Source: an uncultured SAR86 cluster bacterium | GTDB lineage: Bacteria > Pseudomonadota > Gammaproteobacteria > Magnimaribacterales > AG-339-G14 | DNA: 61,009 nt | NCBI GenBank assembly: GCA_902629465.1 | Contig: CACOQX010000003.1 | Location: 1-61,009, forward strand | Direction of reading: 5' to 3' | In this document: positions 49,107-60,011 of the stretch, in pieces | How the letters are laid out: each line of letters opens with the position of its first letter | Position numbering within the stretch: the stretch's first letter is position 1 | The notes under the pieces: generated by a model | Seen by the model: only the letters and a program-made list of their open reading frames with translations | Database searches by the model: none | Told to the model about the DNA's origin: nothing | Made by a program: the position numbers and the translations under genes

Positions 49107-50777
49107 ATGAAGAAAATAGATAACAGCGCTATTTCCAAGTACTCATCTTTTGAGAAAATTAATCTTAAAAATAGAAGCTGGCCTACCAACCAAATCAAGA
49201 ACGCTCCTATCTGGTGTAGCGTTGACTTGCGAGATGGAAATCAAGCTCTTATTGAGCCAATGGGGATAGAAAAGAAACTTAGATTTTTTTCAATGTTGAT
49301 TGAATTGGGCTTTAAGGAAATAGAAATAGGATTTCCATCGGCATCTGAAACGGAATTTAATTTTGTGAGAAAATTAATCGATGATAATTTGATTCCTTCC
49401 GATGTAAAAATTCAAGTTTTATCTCAAGCCAGAGAACACTTAATAAAAAGAACCTTTGAGGCTACAGAGGGTGCGAAAAATGTAATTTTTCATCTGTATA
49501 ACTCTACTTCAACACTTCAAAGAGAAGTTGTCTTCAAAAAGGACAAAGCAGGAATTACAAAAATTGCTACTGAAGGAGCACAACTCGTACAGAAACTTTC
49601 AGAAGATTTCAACAAAACGGATTGGCATTTTCAATACAGTCCAGAAAGCTTTACTGGAACAGAACTAGACTATGCTGCAGAGGTTTGTAATGAGGTTAAC
49701 AATATCTGGCACAAAGGTAATAAAAATAAGACAATTATTAACCTTCCTGCAACAGTAGAACTCTCCACACCAAATATTTATGCCGATCAAATTCAATGGA
49801 TGAATGAAAATTTAAAGAGTAGAGATAAGATTATTCTTAGTCTGCATCCTCATAATGACAGAGGAACAGCAGTTGCAGCGGCTGAACTTGGTTTGATGGC
49901 TGGTGCAGATAGAATTGAAGGTACTCTTTTTGGAAACGGTGAAAGAACAGGTAACGTAGATATTGTGACTTTGAGTTTAAATTTATTCACCCAAGGAATC
50001 GATCCACAGCTGGATTTTTCAGATATTAATAGGACGATGCGTGAAGTGGAATATTGCAATCAACTTCCGGTTCATCCACGACACCCATATGCGGGAGACT
50101 TGGTTTTTACAGCTTTTTCGGGATCTCATCAAGATGCCATAAAAAAAGGATTTGATGAAATGCGGAATTCAAACGATTCCAAGTGGCGCGTGCCCTATTT
50201 GCCCATAGACCCTGAAGATGTTGGTAGAACCTACGAAGCCGTTATCAGAATAAATAGCCAATCGGGAAAGGGAGGCATTTCCTACATTCTTGAACAAGAC
50301 TACGGAGTTACCCTGCCAAGAAGAATGCAAATTGATTTCAGTCAAGTTATTCAAAAGAAAGCTGATGAGACTGGAAAAGAATTAGACTCTAAAGAAATTT
50401 GGCAAAGCTTTGAAAATTACTATCTAAAAAATAATGCTAAAAAGATTTCTTATAATTCTCATGAAATTCAATCATCAAAAGAAAAAGACGTCATTAAGCT
50501 TTCATTGTTAGAGAATAATAAAGAAATCCAAATTAAGGGGACAGGGAATGGGCCCATAGACGCTTTCATTAATGCTTTGAATGACCACTTATCGTCAGAC
50601 TTTAAGGTTTCCGATTATCATCAACATTCAATTTCATCCGGATCAGATGCCTCAGCTGCCGCGTACATTGAAATACAAAATAAAAACTCCTCCGATTGGG
50701 GTGCTGGCATAGACCAAAATACTACTGTAGCTTCTTATAAAGCAATTCTTAATTGCATCAATAAAATATTAAGCTGA
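49107..50777 (+). CDS. leuA: 2-isopropylmalate synthase, long LeuA type
   Basis: WCSVDLRDGNQAL, HPHNDRGTAVA and GTLFGNGERTGN, with a C-terminal LeuA dimerisation/regulatory domain. 556 aa. Confidence 0.95.
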   Translation: MKKIDNSAISKYSSFEKINLKNRSWPTNQIKNAPIWCSVDLRDGNQALIEPMGIEKKLRFFSMLIELGFKEIEIGFPSASETEFNFVRKLIDDNLIPSDVKIQVLSQAREHLIKRTFEATEGAKNVIFHLYNSTSTLQREVVFKKDKAGITKIATEGAQLVQKLSEDFNKTDWHFQYSPESFTGTELDYAAEVCNEVNNIWHKGNKNKTIINLPATVELSTPNIYADQIQWMNENLKSRDKIILSLHPHNDRGTAVAAAELGLMAGADRIEGTLFGNGERTGNVDIVTLSLNLFTQGIDPQLDFSDINRTMREVEYCNQLPVHPRHPYAGDLVFTAFSGSHQDAIKKGFDEMRNSNDSKWRVPYLPIDPEDVGRTYEAVIRINSQSGKGGISYILEQDYGVTLPRRMQIDFSQVIQKKADETGKELDSKEIWQSFENYYLKNNAKKISYNSHEIQSSKEKDVIKLSLLENNKEIQIKGTGNGPIDAFINALNDHLSSDFKVSDYHQHSISSGSDASAAAYIEIQNKNSSDWGAGIDQNTTVASYKAILNCINKILS

Positions 50778-51740
50778 TAGTTCTGAAATTTTTAACTCGT
50801 TTGTATTTTTAGTAATACAAACTGAGCCTTTTTTTGAAGTAGTTCCCCACATATATTTTGCTTTGGGTGTTTTTTCGTCTCTGAGAAATTTGCTAAAAAA
50901 AAGATTTATAACTTTAGCGCTAGGTTGATTTAACCCATTGAGGTTGATCCAAAAAATAAAAATATTCTTTTGGCGAATTTTTGAAAGGTTAAGAAATTTT
51001 TTTAAAGAAATAAGATTTTTTTTTACTTTCACCTCATTAAAGTCTTTTTCTGCATGAGTGACAAGTAAGTCACTTGATTCTTTTAAATTTTCTGTCAACT
51101 GCTTTAAATTTTTTCTATATGATGGCCATCTGTGCTCTATCTCAGGTAATACTTTATTTCTCAAATAGTTTCTATCAAAAGAAGTATCTTTATTGGATGG
51201 GTCTTTAATAAATTTTAACTTGTCTTTTTTTGCTCTAGCTAAAATTTCACTTTTTGGAATATTCAAGAAAGGTCTTACTAACATTCCTCCTCCCAGAGCT
51301 CTTTCTCTAGGAATAGAGCTTAAGCCTTCAATTCCGCTTCCCCGCAAAGCTCTTAAAAAGAAAGTCTCAATAACATCGTCTAGATGATGGCCCATAAAAA
51401 GAATTGAATTTTTTTCTAAGGTTTTTTCGAAAAGTCTATATCTTTCATCTCTTAGTTTTTTTTCAATATTAGAAGAAATATTCTTTTTATGTTTTAAAGA
51501 ATGAGAGATGAATTTAATTTCATTCTTCTTACAAAAATTTTCACAAATGGTTTTCCATTTTTTGGAATCTTTTTGAATATTGTGATTTATATGAATTGCA
51601 ATTAGATTGAAATTATTGTCTTTTTGCAGCTTCTTTAGTTCATTCAGAAGTACAAGCGAATCTGCTCCGCCACTTAAAGCAACATAATAATATTTAGTTT
51701 TTTTATTTAAATAAGGTTTGAGGTAATCAGAAAAGTCCAT
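50769..51740 (-). CDS. tilS: tRNA(Ile)-lysidine synthase, short form
   Basis: PP-loop YYVALSGGADSLVL and MGHHLDDVIETFFLRALRGSG. At 323 aa it is about 110 aa shorter than E. coli TilS. Confidence 0.88.
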   Translation of the reverse strand: MDFSDYLKPYLNKKTKYYYVALSGGADSLVLLNELKKLQKDNNFNLIAIHINHNIQKDSKKWKTICENFCKKNEIKFISHSLKHKKNISSNIEKKLRDERYRLFEKTLEKNSILFMGHHLDDVIETFFLRALRGSGIEGLSSIPRERALGGGMLVRPFLNIPKSEILARAKKDKLKFIKDPSNKDTSFDRNYLRNKVLPEIEHRWPSYRKNLKQLTENLKESSDLLVTHAEKDFNEVKVKKNLISLKKFLNLSKIRQKNIFIFWINLNGLNQPSAKVINLFFSKFLRDEKTPKAKYMWGTTSKKGSVCITKNTNELKISELSA

Positions 51741-52700
51741 TCACTTCTGAATTGACCCATATGACATGATTTTTTGATACCTATTTTCGATTAGCTCATC
51801 AATTTCAATTTCTCTTAGACGCTTTAAATTGTCGTCAATTTCTTGAGCAATTAACAAAGATGCTTTTTTTGCATCTCTGTGGGCACCTCCTAAAGGCTCA
51901 TCAATTATGTTATCAATCAAGCCGAAATCTAGTAAATTTTTTGCGTCGAGTTTCATTGCTTCTGCAGCTTCTTGAGCTTTAGAATTGTCTCTCCATACAA
52001 TAGATGCACAAGCTTCTGGAGATGCTACTGAATAAATTGAATATTGCAGCATGGAAATATGATCGCCTACTCCAATAGCCAATGCCCCTCCTGAGCCACC
52101 TTCGCCTGTAATAATAACAATTATTGGCGCTTTAAGACCTGACATAATGCTTAAATTTTTTGCGATAGCTTCACTCATACCGCGTTCTTCACTCTCAATT
52201 CCGGGGTAAGCTCCTGGCGTATCTATAAAAGTAATTATTGGTAGAGAAAAATCTTCAGCTAATTTCATTAATCTGGAAGCTTTCCGATAGCCTTCAGGCT
52301 GAGACATACCAAAGTTTCTAGAAATTTTGTCTTCAGTAGATTTACCTTTCTCGTGACCAATGATAACAACCGGATTACCTTTAAATTTTGCTAATCCACC
52401 AATGATTGCTTGATCATCACCAAACAATCGATCGCCATGCAACTCATCAAAATCGGTAAAAATATTTTCTATGTAGTCAGAAAAATGAGGTCTGTGAGGA
52501 TGGCGAGCTACTTGAACTTTTTGCCAAATCGAAAGACCCTCGTAAATTTCTTTAGTGAGATTTTCAATTCTATCGCTCAATGAAGAAATTTCTTGATGAA
52601 CGCTCTCATCATTATCTTTTTTATCTCTAAGAGATTCAATCTTGTTTTCAAGATCACTTATCGGTTTTTCAAATTCTAAATAGGTATAGGCCATCTTCAT
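51741..52700 (-). CDS. accA: Acetyl-CoA carboxylase carboxyltransferase alpha subunit
   Basis: LEFEKPI..LE.KI..L, ARHP.RP, FIDTPGAYPG and GEGGSGGALA. Its start overlaps the dnaE stop (ATGA). Confidence 0.95.
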   Translation of the reverse strand: MKMAYTYLEFEKPISDLENKIESLRDKKDNDESVHQEISSLSDRIENLTKEIYEGLSIWQKVQVARHPHRPHFSDYIENIFTDFDELHGDRLFGDDQAIIGGLAKFKGNPVVIIGHEKGKSTEDKISRNFGMSQPEGYRKASRLMKLAEDFSLPIITFIDTPGAYPGIESEERGMSEAIAKNLSIMSGLKAPIIVIITGEGGSGGALAIGVGDHISMLQYSIYSVASPEACASIVWRDNSKAQEAAEAMKLDAKNLLDFGLIDNIIDEPLGGAHRDAKKASLLIAQEIDDNLKRLREIEIDELIENRYQKIMSYGSIQK

Positions 52701-55700
52701 CTCGCACGATACTGGAACTCAATATTTTCTTTCCCGCAATTTTCAACAAGTTTATCCATATTATCGTCATTTAAAAGAATTCTAAAATCTTTATCTAACT
52801 CAATATTAGCTGAACCCGAATTGAGATTGTATTGCATTTCAATTTGACTGCCTTGAGTGCTATTTTCTATCACAGCTATTGCCTTTAAATTTTCCACAAT
52901 ATCCAAAACGTCTTTTTTTTCTTGGCCTTCAATATTGATTTTTAATTTGGTCACTGATTTCATCCTTGCTTCTTCTAGAGACTTGATATCTGTAACTCTC
53001 ATCTTCTTTTGCAAACCAATGTTTTTCTTTTGCGCATCCTTTTCAAAAGTAACCTCTCCACTTGCGATATAAATTGTTTGTGAGTTTAAATTAGCTTCAA
53101 AACTATCGAGAACTTCTGAGGAAATAACAAGTTCTATTCTATCTGTTCCATCATCTAATGTAGCAAAAACCAAAGGGCCTCTTCTGGTTTGAATTCTATT
53201 TTGCCGGATAATAACTCCTGAGATTGTATTCACTCTTTCTTCCATAACGTTCTCAATAGAAGCAGTTCCTAGTTTTTTTAATTCCCAGTAATGTTCTTTA
53301 ACTGGATGTGTCTCTAGATAAAAGCCAAGAGCTGAAAATTCAAATTTGGAATTAGCAAAGTCATCATACTTATCTTTCTTAACAGGAATGAAGTCATTGC
53401 TTTCGCTAATGCCACCAAATAGATCTGAAATACCACTTTCTTGAGTCATGGTATTTTGTTTTGCATATTTCATTGCGTCTTCTAAACTCTCTAACATCTC
53501 TTTTCGGGATAAATTGAAAGAATCCATTGCGCCGCATTTTATCAATGGCTCTATACCTCTTTTATCAACCTTGCTTAAATCCACTCTTGCACAGAAGTCG
53601 TATAAGTTTTCAAAAGGTTTATGTTTTCGTTCGCTAATAATATTGTCAATGGCTGCTTTACCTAAACCTTTCACGGCTCCCAAGCCATATGAGATTTCAT
53701 TATCACCCTGATTAACAAAGTTTAATTGACTTTTATTAACATCTGGTTTGAGAATATCAATTTCAAAATTCTTACAATCATCTAACAACAACCTGACTCT
53801 ATCCGAGTCATCCATATCTGAGGATAAGGCAGCACTCAAAAACTCCACAGGGTAATGGGCTTTTAGCCATGCCGTCTGAAATGCAATAAGTCCATACCCT
53901 GCTGAATGTGCTTTGTTGAAACCATACCCTGCAAAAGTTTGAATCTGATCAAATAGCCCTTCTGCAGCCCTTTCTATCTTTCCTTTTTTTAAAGCTCCAT
54001 TAATAAATGCAGGTCTTTGTCTTTCCATTTCTTCAGGAATTTTTTTACCCATAGCTCTTCTAAGTAAGTCTGCTTGCCCTAACGAAAAGCCTGAATATTC
54101 TTGAGCTAATTGCATGACTTGCTCTTGATACACTATTACACCGTAAGTATTTTTTAGGACCTTTTCAATATCCTTATCTCCCAGATAATCTGTTTTCTCA
54201 GATCCATGCTTTCTTTTAATGAAAGTATCTACCATTCCTGCATCCAAGGGCCCAGGACGATATAGAGCAACAACAGAAATAATGTCTTCAAAAGATGATG
54301 GTTTTATCTTTACCAGATATTCTTTTAAGCCCCTAGATTCTAATTGAAAGACTGCAGTCGTAAGGCCATTTTGCAATAAATTAAAAGTCAATCTATCTTC
54401 GAGATCTATTTCTTCTAAATCGATTGCATCTAAATTAAGCTTTTCTCTTTTTATATTAATAAGATCTAAGGCATCTTTTATGATGGTGAGGGTCCTCAAA
54501 CCTAAAAAATCAAATTTTTGTAAGCCTACCGACTCGATATCTTTCATATCGAATTGCGTTGCTAAGGTGTTTGTTGCCTCGTCAAGATAAAGAGGTGAAA
54601 AATCATTTATCTCTGACGGAGCTATAACTACGCCTGCTGCATGTTTTCCAACATTTCTAATAACGCCTTCCAGTTTCCTTGCCATATCAAATATTTCTTC
54701 AGCCTGTTCGTCCGTTTTTAATGCTCTTTTTAAATCATTATTATCTAAGGCCTTATCAAGCGTCATATCCGGAGAGAAAGGAATCATTTTTGCTAGCCTA
54801 TCTGCTAAGCCGTAAGATTTTCCTTGAGCCCTTGCAACATCTCTAACTACTGCTCTGGCAGCCATAGTTCCAAAAGTACAAATTTGAGCAACAGCCTCTT
54901 TTCCATATTTTTGAGTGACATAGTCAATTACTTTATCCCTTCCATCTTTGCAAAAATCTATGTCGAAATCAGGATTACTTATCCTGTCGGGATTAAGAAA
55001 TCTCTCAAAAAGCAAACCATATTTCAAAGGATCGATACCTGTAATTCCTAGACAATAAGCTACTAACGAGGCTGCTCCTGAGCCTCTACCCGGTCCGACG
55101 GGCACGTTGTTTTCTTGCGCCCAATTAACAAAATCAGATACAACCAAGAAATAACCGGCATAGCCCATCTTAGAAATGACATCTAATTCAAAATCTAGTC
55201 TGTCAGCATATTTAACTTTGTCATAATCAGAAAGATCTTTGATTTTTTCTTTTAGATTATTTTTAGAAAGTTCAATCAGGTGGTCTGCTGCAGATTTGTT
55301 CAAAGGTGTTTCAAAATCAGGTAAAACATAAATGCCAGTTTCTATCTCTAAATTACATTTTTTTGATAATTCATATGCATTTGACAGGACTTCTGGAATA
55401 TCTTTGAATTTCTCATACATTTCCTCAGTAGAAAGAAAATACTGGTCTTCAAAATAGTTTCTTGTTCTTCTAGAATCACTTAATACTTCCCCTTTTTGAA
55501 TGCAGACTCTAGTCTCGTGTGCTTCATAATCCTCTTTATCTATAAATCTAACTTCATTTGACGCAACCACAGGTAATCCCAATTCTCCTGCCTTAGAAAG
55601 TATATAGTCGTTGTATAAATCTTCTTGTGGCCTATTGATTCGAGAAATTTCTAGGATGAAATTTTCTTTAAATATTTTTTGAAAGTACTTAATTCTTTTT

Positions 55701-56158
55701 AAAAAAAGATCGTGATTTGTATCCAAAACAGCTTTCCCTAAATGTCCCCTAAAACCTCCGGAAAGAGCAATAAGTCCATCTGAATATTCAGCTAGCCACT
55801 CTGTTTCTACAACTGGAACACCTGATGTCTTTCCAACTATTTGAGATTTCGAAATAAGCTTTATTAAATTTTTATAACCTAGTTGATTTTGGGCAATCAA
55901 CGTCAAATTAGCGTATTCGTTATGAGACGAACTATCCCTGACATGGTTTATCTCTGCCCCTGCAATGGGTTTAATCCCTTTTGACCTGACCGACTTATAA
56001 AATTTTAAAAAACCAAAGAGATTTGCAGAATCAGTAATAGCTATACTTTCATAATTGTATTGCAGTGCTTTTTCAGAGAGTCGGTCAATTTTGATAATGC
56101 TATCAATAATGGAATATTCGCTATGAATATTTAAGTGTGTAAATTTTTTATTTAGCAT
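52697..56158 (-). CDS. dnaE: DNA polymerase III alpha subunit
   Basis: 1153 aa with a PHP domain (FTHLNIHSEYSI), the polymerase core (GPGRGSGAASLVAY, PDFDIDF), and HhH and OB-fold regions. Confidence 0.97.
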   Translation of the reverse strand: MLNKKFTHLNIHSEYSIIDSIIKIDRLSEKALQYNYESIAITDSANLFGFLKFYKSVRSKGIKPIAGAEINHVRDSSSHNEYANLTLIAQNQLGYKNLIKLISKSQIVGKTSGVPVVETEWLAEYSDGLIALSGGFRGHLGKAVLDTNHDLFLKRIKYFQKIFKENFILEISRINRPQEDLYNDYILSKAGELGLPVVASNEVRFIDKEDYEAHETRVCIQKGEVLSDSRRTRNYFEDQYFLSTEEMYEKFKDIPEVLSNAYELSKKCNLEIETGIYVLPDFETPLNKSAADHLIELSKNNLKEKIKDLSDYDKVKYADRLDFELDVISKMGYAGYFLVVSDFVNWAQENNVPVGPGRGSGAASLVAYCLGITGIDPLKYGLLFERFLNPDRISNPDFDIDFCKDGRDKVIDYVTQKYGKEAVAQICTFGTMAARAVVRDVARAQGKSYGLADRLAKMIPFSPDMTLDKALDNNDLKRALKTDEQAEEIFDMARKLEGVIRNVGKHAAGVVIAPSEINDFSPLYLDEATNTLATQFDMKDIESVGLQKFDFLGLRTLTIIKDALDLINIKREKLNLDAIDLEEIDLEDRLTFNLLQNGLTTAVFQLESRGLKEYLVKIKPSSFEDIISVVALYRPGPLDAGMVDTFIKRKHGSEKTDYLGDKDIEKVLKNTYGVIVYQEQVMQLAQEYSGFSLGQADLLRRAMGKKIPEEMERQRPAFINGALKKGKIERAAEGLFDQIQTFAGYGFNKAHSAGYGLIAFQTAWLKAHYPVEFLSAALSSDMDDSDRVRLLLDDCKNFEIDILKPDVNKSQLNFVNQGDNEISYGLGAVKGLGKAAIDNIISERKHKPFENLYDFCARVDLSKVDKRGIEPLIKCGAMDSFNLSRKEMLESLEDAMKYAKQNTMTQESGISDLFGGISESNDFIPVKKDKYDDFANSKFEFSALGFYLETHPVKEHYWELKKLGTASIENVMEERVNTISGVIIRQNRIQTRRGPLVFATLDDGTDRIELVISSEVLDSFEANLNSQTIYIASGEVTFEKDAQKKNIGLQKKMRVTDIKSLEEARMKSVTKLKINIEGQEKKDVLDIVENLKAIAVIENSTQGSQIEMQYNLNSGSANIELDKDFRILLNDDNMDKLVENCGKENIEFQYRAR

Positions 56159-56708
56159 CTAAAACTGGTTTAAAACTCTTTCTATGATACTGAGTCGGCC
56201 CTAGAGATTTTAAAATATTTAGGTGCTCTTTTGTTGGATATCCTTTGTTTTTTTCTAGAGAAAAACCAGGATATTTTTTGCTTAAAGCAATCATTAAATT
56301 ATCCCTATGAACTTTTGCAACAATGGATGCAGCCATTACCTCAGGAATTTTATCGTCAGCTTTAATGATTGCTTTACAAGGATAATTTATTTTGGGAATT
56401 TCAATACCATCGACAATGACCTCTATATTTTTAACCTTTAATCCTAAGATTGCCCTTTTGATAGCTAGAAGACTAGCTTCTTTTATATTTATGGAGTCTA
56501 TTTCCTTGACAGATGCTTTACCAATGGAAAATTTGATTGCATTTCTTTCTATTTTACTAAGAAGCATGATTCTTTTTTTTTCAGAAAGCTTTTTTGAATC
56601 CTTTAGGTCTAAATTATTATAGTTTCCTAAAATAACTGCTGCAGCGACTACAGGGCCAAACAAACAGCCTCTTCCAACCTCATCAGCTCCGACAAGGTAT
56701 TTTTTCAT
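56148..56708 (-). CDS. rnhB: Ribonuclease HII
   Basis: GADEVGRGCLFGPVVAAAV, DSKKLS.KKR and ASI.AKV.RD. Confidence 0.93.
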   Translation of the reverse strand: MKKYLVGADEVGRGCLFGPVVAAAVILGNYNNLDLKDSKKLSEKKRIMLLSKIERNAIKFSIGKASVKEIDSINIKEASLLAIKRAILGLKVKNIEVIVDGIEIPKINYPCKAIIKADDKIPEVMAASIVAKVHRDNLMIALSKKYPGFSLEKNKGYPTKEHLNILKSLGPTQYHRKSFKPVLDAK

Positions 56709-57820
56709 TTTGCGAGAATTTCTCTTAGAGCGATTGAAAATTTATTTGAATCTGTAACTAATAAACTATCTCTTATTAAACTTAGCTTATCTGAGATAAC
56801 TTTTTGGTTTTTTAAGGTAAGCTCAACCTTTTCGCTGATTTCTTTTCCAGAGACCTGATTTTGTCTCAGTTCAAAAACAATCTTCTCTTGAGAAAGAATA
56901 TTAGGAAGAGAAATGAATTTTGTTTTTAGAAAAAAATTGGACAAGATGAAATTACTCAATTTATTGCTTTTATAAATTACTACCATCGGCTTAGCTAAAA
57001 TTGCGGCTTCTAATGTTGCTGTTCCGGATGCCACAATAGCTATGTCACAACAGGCTAAAACTTTTTGAGTAGAATCATAAATAACGCTTATTTTTTTTGA
57101 TAATTGTCTCAACTCGCCTAATAAATCAGACTCTTTATTCAAGGCTAGTATGATTTCTACATCAACATTTTGCTTTTTATATGTACTAATGAAGTCTGTT
57201 AAGGGTTTTGAATGATGATAAATTTCGGATTTTCTGCTGCCAGGTAAAATTGCGATCACTGTTTTATCTAATGGGATGCCCAAACCTTTTTTCAATTCCT
57301 CTACATTTGAGTCGACTGATAAATTTTTAGCAAGAGGGTGTCCTACATAAGAAAAATTAACACCATGTTTCTTTAGTAATTGAGATTCAAAGGGAAATAG
57401 TGAGAAAACTCTATGATACAAAGAATTGAATTTATGTACTCTTCCATATCGCCATGCCCAAAACTGTGGACAAACGTATTGAACTGTTTTGATTTTCGTA
57501 TCTCTTCTAAGAACTTTACAAATTCCACTGTTAAAAGATGGGCTATCTATTCCAATAAATACATCAGGATTTTCCTTTTTTAGATAATTAATAAATTTTT
57601 TTCTTATTTTTAAAATTTTTCTTAAATTTATTAATGGATCTATTAAGCCCATATGAGAAATTTCTTTAATTGGGAAAAAACTTTTTAAACCCTCACTTTC
57701 CATTAGTGAGCCTCCTACGCCAATAAATTTTATATTGTCATTATTTTGTTTTAGATCAATGAGGAGTTCATGTCCAAGAGTATCTCCAGATTTTTCGCCT
57801 GCACAAACTGCGATTTTCAA
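56705..57820 (-). CDS. lpxB: Lipid-A-disaccharide synthase
   Basis: KIAVCAGEKSGD.LG, GIDSPSFN and SGTATLEA motifs. It sits between lpxA and rnhB. Confidence 0.92.
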   Translation of the reverse strand: MKIAVCAGEKSGDTLGHELLIDLKQNNDNIKFIGVGGSLMESEGLKSFFPIKEISHMGLIDPLINLRKILKIRKKFINYLKKENPDVFIGIDSPSFNSGICKVLRRDTKIKTVQYVCPQFWAWRYGRVHKFNSLYHRVFSLFPFESQLLKKHGVNFSYVGHPLAKNLSVDSNVEELKKGLGIPLDKTVIAILPGSRKSEIYHHSKPLTDFISTYKKQNVDVEIILALNKESDLLGELRQLSKKISVIYDSTQKVLACCDIAIVASGTATLEAAILAKPMVVIYKSNKLSNFILSNFFLKTKFISLPNILSQEKIVFELRQNQVSGKEISEKVELTLKNQKVISDKLSLIRDSLLVTDSNKFSIALREILAK

Positions 57821-57833
57821 AATTTTCTTACCT

Positions 57834-58604
57834 TTAACGAACTATACTTCTTTCGGAATTTGAAATACTCTCAATAAAAAGATCCATTTCTTTGATATCT
57901 TTAAATTTCGAGATAATTTCCTGCTTCGCTTCTTTCAATTTCATTTTTCTCAGATACAAAATTTTATAAGATTCCTTTAAGGCATCGCTTGCTTCCTTAG
58001 ATAGACCTTGTCTTTGAATACCTATGGTATTTAAACCTCTAGGAATTGCAGGATTTCCACTAACCCTCACGTATGCGGGCACATCTTTTGTAATTATTGT
58101 CCCTAATGCACTAAAGCTATATCTGCCTATATTGCAGAATTGGTGAACCAATGTAAAACCACTGAGCCTTGCCCCTTTACCAACTTTAACAACGCCGGCA
58201 ACACCGGAATTATTTGTCATGACAATATCATCTTCCAAAATACAATCATGCGCAACATGAGTGTAAGCCATCAATAAGTTATTGTTTCCAATTATGGTTT
58301 TTCCATTTTCTTGAGCTGTTCCTCTATTAATAGTCGAACCTTCTCTAATTTCATTGTTATTTCCAATTTCCAGAAAAGTGTCTTCTCCTTTGTATTTTAA
58401 ATCTTGAGGATCGCCTCCCACACTTGCAAAAGGATAAATAAGGTTATCTTTGCCGATGAACGTATTTTTATGAATAAAAACATTTCCCTCAACAGTAGTA
58501 CCAGATTTTATTTTTACATTTGGACCTATTACAGTGTAAGGACCTATAGAAACACTATCATCTATTTCAGCAGACGAATCTATTTGAGCAGAAGAATGAA
58601 TCAT
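57834..58604 (-). CDS. lpxA: UDP-N-acetylglucosamine O-acyltransferase
   Basis: Start at the ATG at 58604 ([15 protein letters not shown]), overlapping the fabZ stop (ATGA). Hexapeptide repeats are followed by a helical C-terminus. The longer listed ORF start is rejected. Confidence 0.93.
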   Translation of the reverse strand: MIHSSAQIDSSAEIDDSVSIGPYTVIGPNVKIKSGTTVEGNVFIHKNTFIGKDNLIYPFASVGGDPQDLKYKGEDTFLEIGNNNEIREGSTINRGTAQENGKTIIGNNNLLMAYTHVAHDCILEDDIVMTNNSGVAGVVKVGKGARLSGFTLVHQFCNIGRYSFSALGTIITKDVPAYVRVSGNPAIPRGLNTIGIQRQGLSKEASDALKESYKILYLRKMKLKEAKQEIISKFKDIKEMDLFIESISNSERSIVR

Positions 58605-59041
58605 TTGGGACGATCGGCACAAAGCACAGTTGCAGAACAAATAAATTTTTCTCCAACAGTTGCCTTACAATCAAATTTCCAAATGCCTGCTTTTTCTGAA
58701 ATTTTCGTTGACTCAAGTGTAAGTTTATCCCCGGGTATTACAGGATTTTTAAACCTTAATTTATCTGCTCCCACGAAATAATACATTGAACCTTCTTCGG
58801 GAGTTTTATTCATTGAAACAAAACCCAATACTCCAGATGCTTGAGCAAGAGCTTCTAGAATTAAAACGCCCGGCATAACAGATTTATTTGGAAAGTGGCC
58901 AAGAAAAAAGGGTTCATTATTTGTAACGTTTTTAAAAGCTTTAATGTACTTATGCTCTTCAAGCTCTTCGACTCTATCTACAAGTAAAAAAGGATAACGA
59001 TGAGGAAGTAAAGTTTTTATTTTTTCTATGTCAATCATCAA
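58601..59041 (-). CDS. fabZ: 3-hydroxyacyl-ACP dehydratase
   Basis: [34 protein letters not shown]. Confidence 0.95.
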   Translation of the reverse strand: MMIDIEKIKTLLPHRYPFLLVDRVEELEEHKYIKAFKNVTNNEPFFLGHFPNKSVMPGVLILEALAQASGVLGFVSMNKTPEEGSMYYFVGADKLRFKNPVIPGDKLTLESTKISEKAGIWKFDCKATVGEKFICSATVLCADRPK

Positions 59042-60005
59042 ATTCTTTTTTTTGAATTGTAATATGTTTAAGCCATTTTGAGTGTTCTAAAACTACAGAA
59101 CCGCCCGAGTAAATGCCGGATTTCTTAATAGAACTAGTTATGTATGACATTGGATTTATTCTAACGCCGTTTTCTATTTTTATATTGTCAACAATTCCGC
59201 AACCACCTCCGATTAAGCAATCTTCTCCGATGATAGTACTTCCTGCTATTGCAGTCTTAGCTCCTATTATAGTGTTCTTGCCGATATTACAATTATGAGC
59301 AATATGGACTTGATTATCTAGCTTTACCCCGCTGTTCAAAATTGTAGAGCCTAGCGAGGCCCTATCAATGGTGCAAGAAGCTCCTACCTCTACAAAATCT
59401 TTAAGCTCAACGGTTCCTAAATGTTCTACTTTTTCCCAATTATCAGAAGTTTTTGCAAAACCTAGACCATCAGACCCTATTACAGAATTAGCGTGAATGA
59501 TATTTTTTTTACCAATTTTTATTGAATGATAAAGACAAACATTAGGATGCAAGTAAGTATCTTCTCCAATAAAAACATTATCTCCTATAAAGGCTCCAGA
59601 GTTTATTTTAGCGCCCTTTTCTATTACTACATTCCTGCCAATAAAAACATTTTTCCCGATTTCGATATCATTTTTTGAATAAGAATCCGCATAATTTCTA
59701 TTAGATATTTTTTTTCTTAGATTTTCAGAAAATAATTGAGTTAATTTTGCATAAGATTCATGCGGATTTGCAACGAGAATATAATCTGCTTGGCAGTATT
59801 CTATATATTCTTGAGAAATCAGAACTGCAGATGCATTAGTTTCCTCAAGATCTTTTTTAAACTTTTTGTTATAGATGAAAGATATTGAGCTCTTATCTGC
59901 ATCTTTTAAAGTTTTAATTTCAGTTACAGTCTTTGAGCCATCGCCAGATAATTGGCCGCCAAGAAAATCTGAAATTTCTGAAAGCTTATAAGACTTTTTT
60001 GACAA
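59031..60005 (-). CDS. lpxD: UDP-3-O-acylglucosamine N-acyltransferase
   Basis: An N-terminal LpxD domain (L.EI..FLGG.L.GD) followed by extended hexapeptide repeats. It sits between skp and fabZ. Confidence 0.93.
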   Translation of the reverse strand: MSKKSYKLSEISDFLGGQLSGDGSKTVTEIKTLKDADKSSISFIYNKKFKKDLEETNASAVLISQEYIEYCQADYILVANPHESYAKLTQLFSENLRKKISNRNYADSYSKNDIEIGKNVFIGRNVVIEKGAKINSGAFIGDNVFIGEDTYLHPNVCLYHSIKIGKKNIIHANSVIGSDGLGFAKTSDNWEKVEHLGTVELKDFVEVGASCTIDRASLGSTILNSGVKLDNQVHIAHNCNIGKNTIIGAKTAIAGSTIIGEDCLIGGGCGIVDNIKIENGVRINPMSYITSSIKKSGIYSGGSVVLEHSKWLKHITIQKKEFDD

Positions 60006-60011
60006 ACTTTA

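Noticed and set aside
58605-58640. A 12-codon N-terminal extension of lpxA ([12 protein letters not shown]) overlapping fabZ.
   Set aside because: The ATG at 58604 forms the usual ATGA stop/start junction with fabZ. It yields the canonical LpxA N-terminus (MIHSSAQID).
58404-58781. A 125-aa plus-strand ORF antisense to the lpxA/fabZ junction.
   Set aside because: It is antisense to hexapeptide-repeat coding sequence, whose periodic codon usage commonly leaves the opposite strand open. It has no recognisable motifs or ribosome-binding site.
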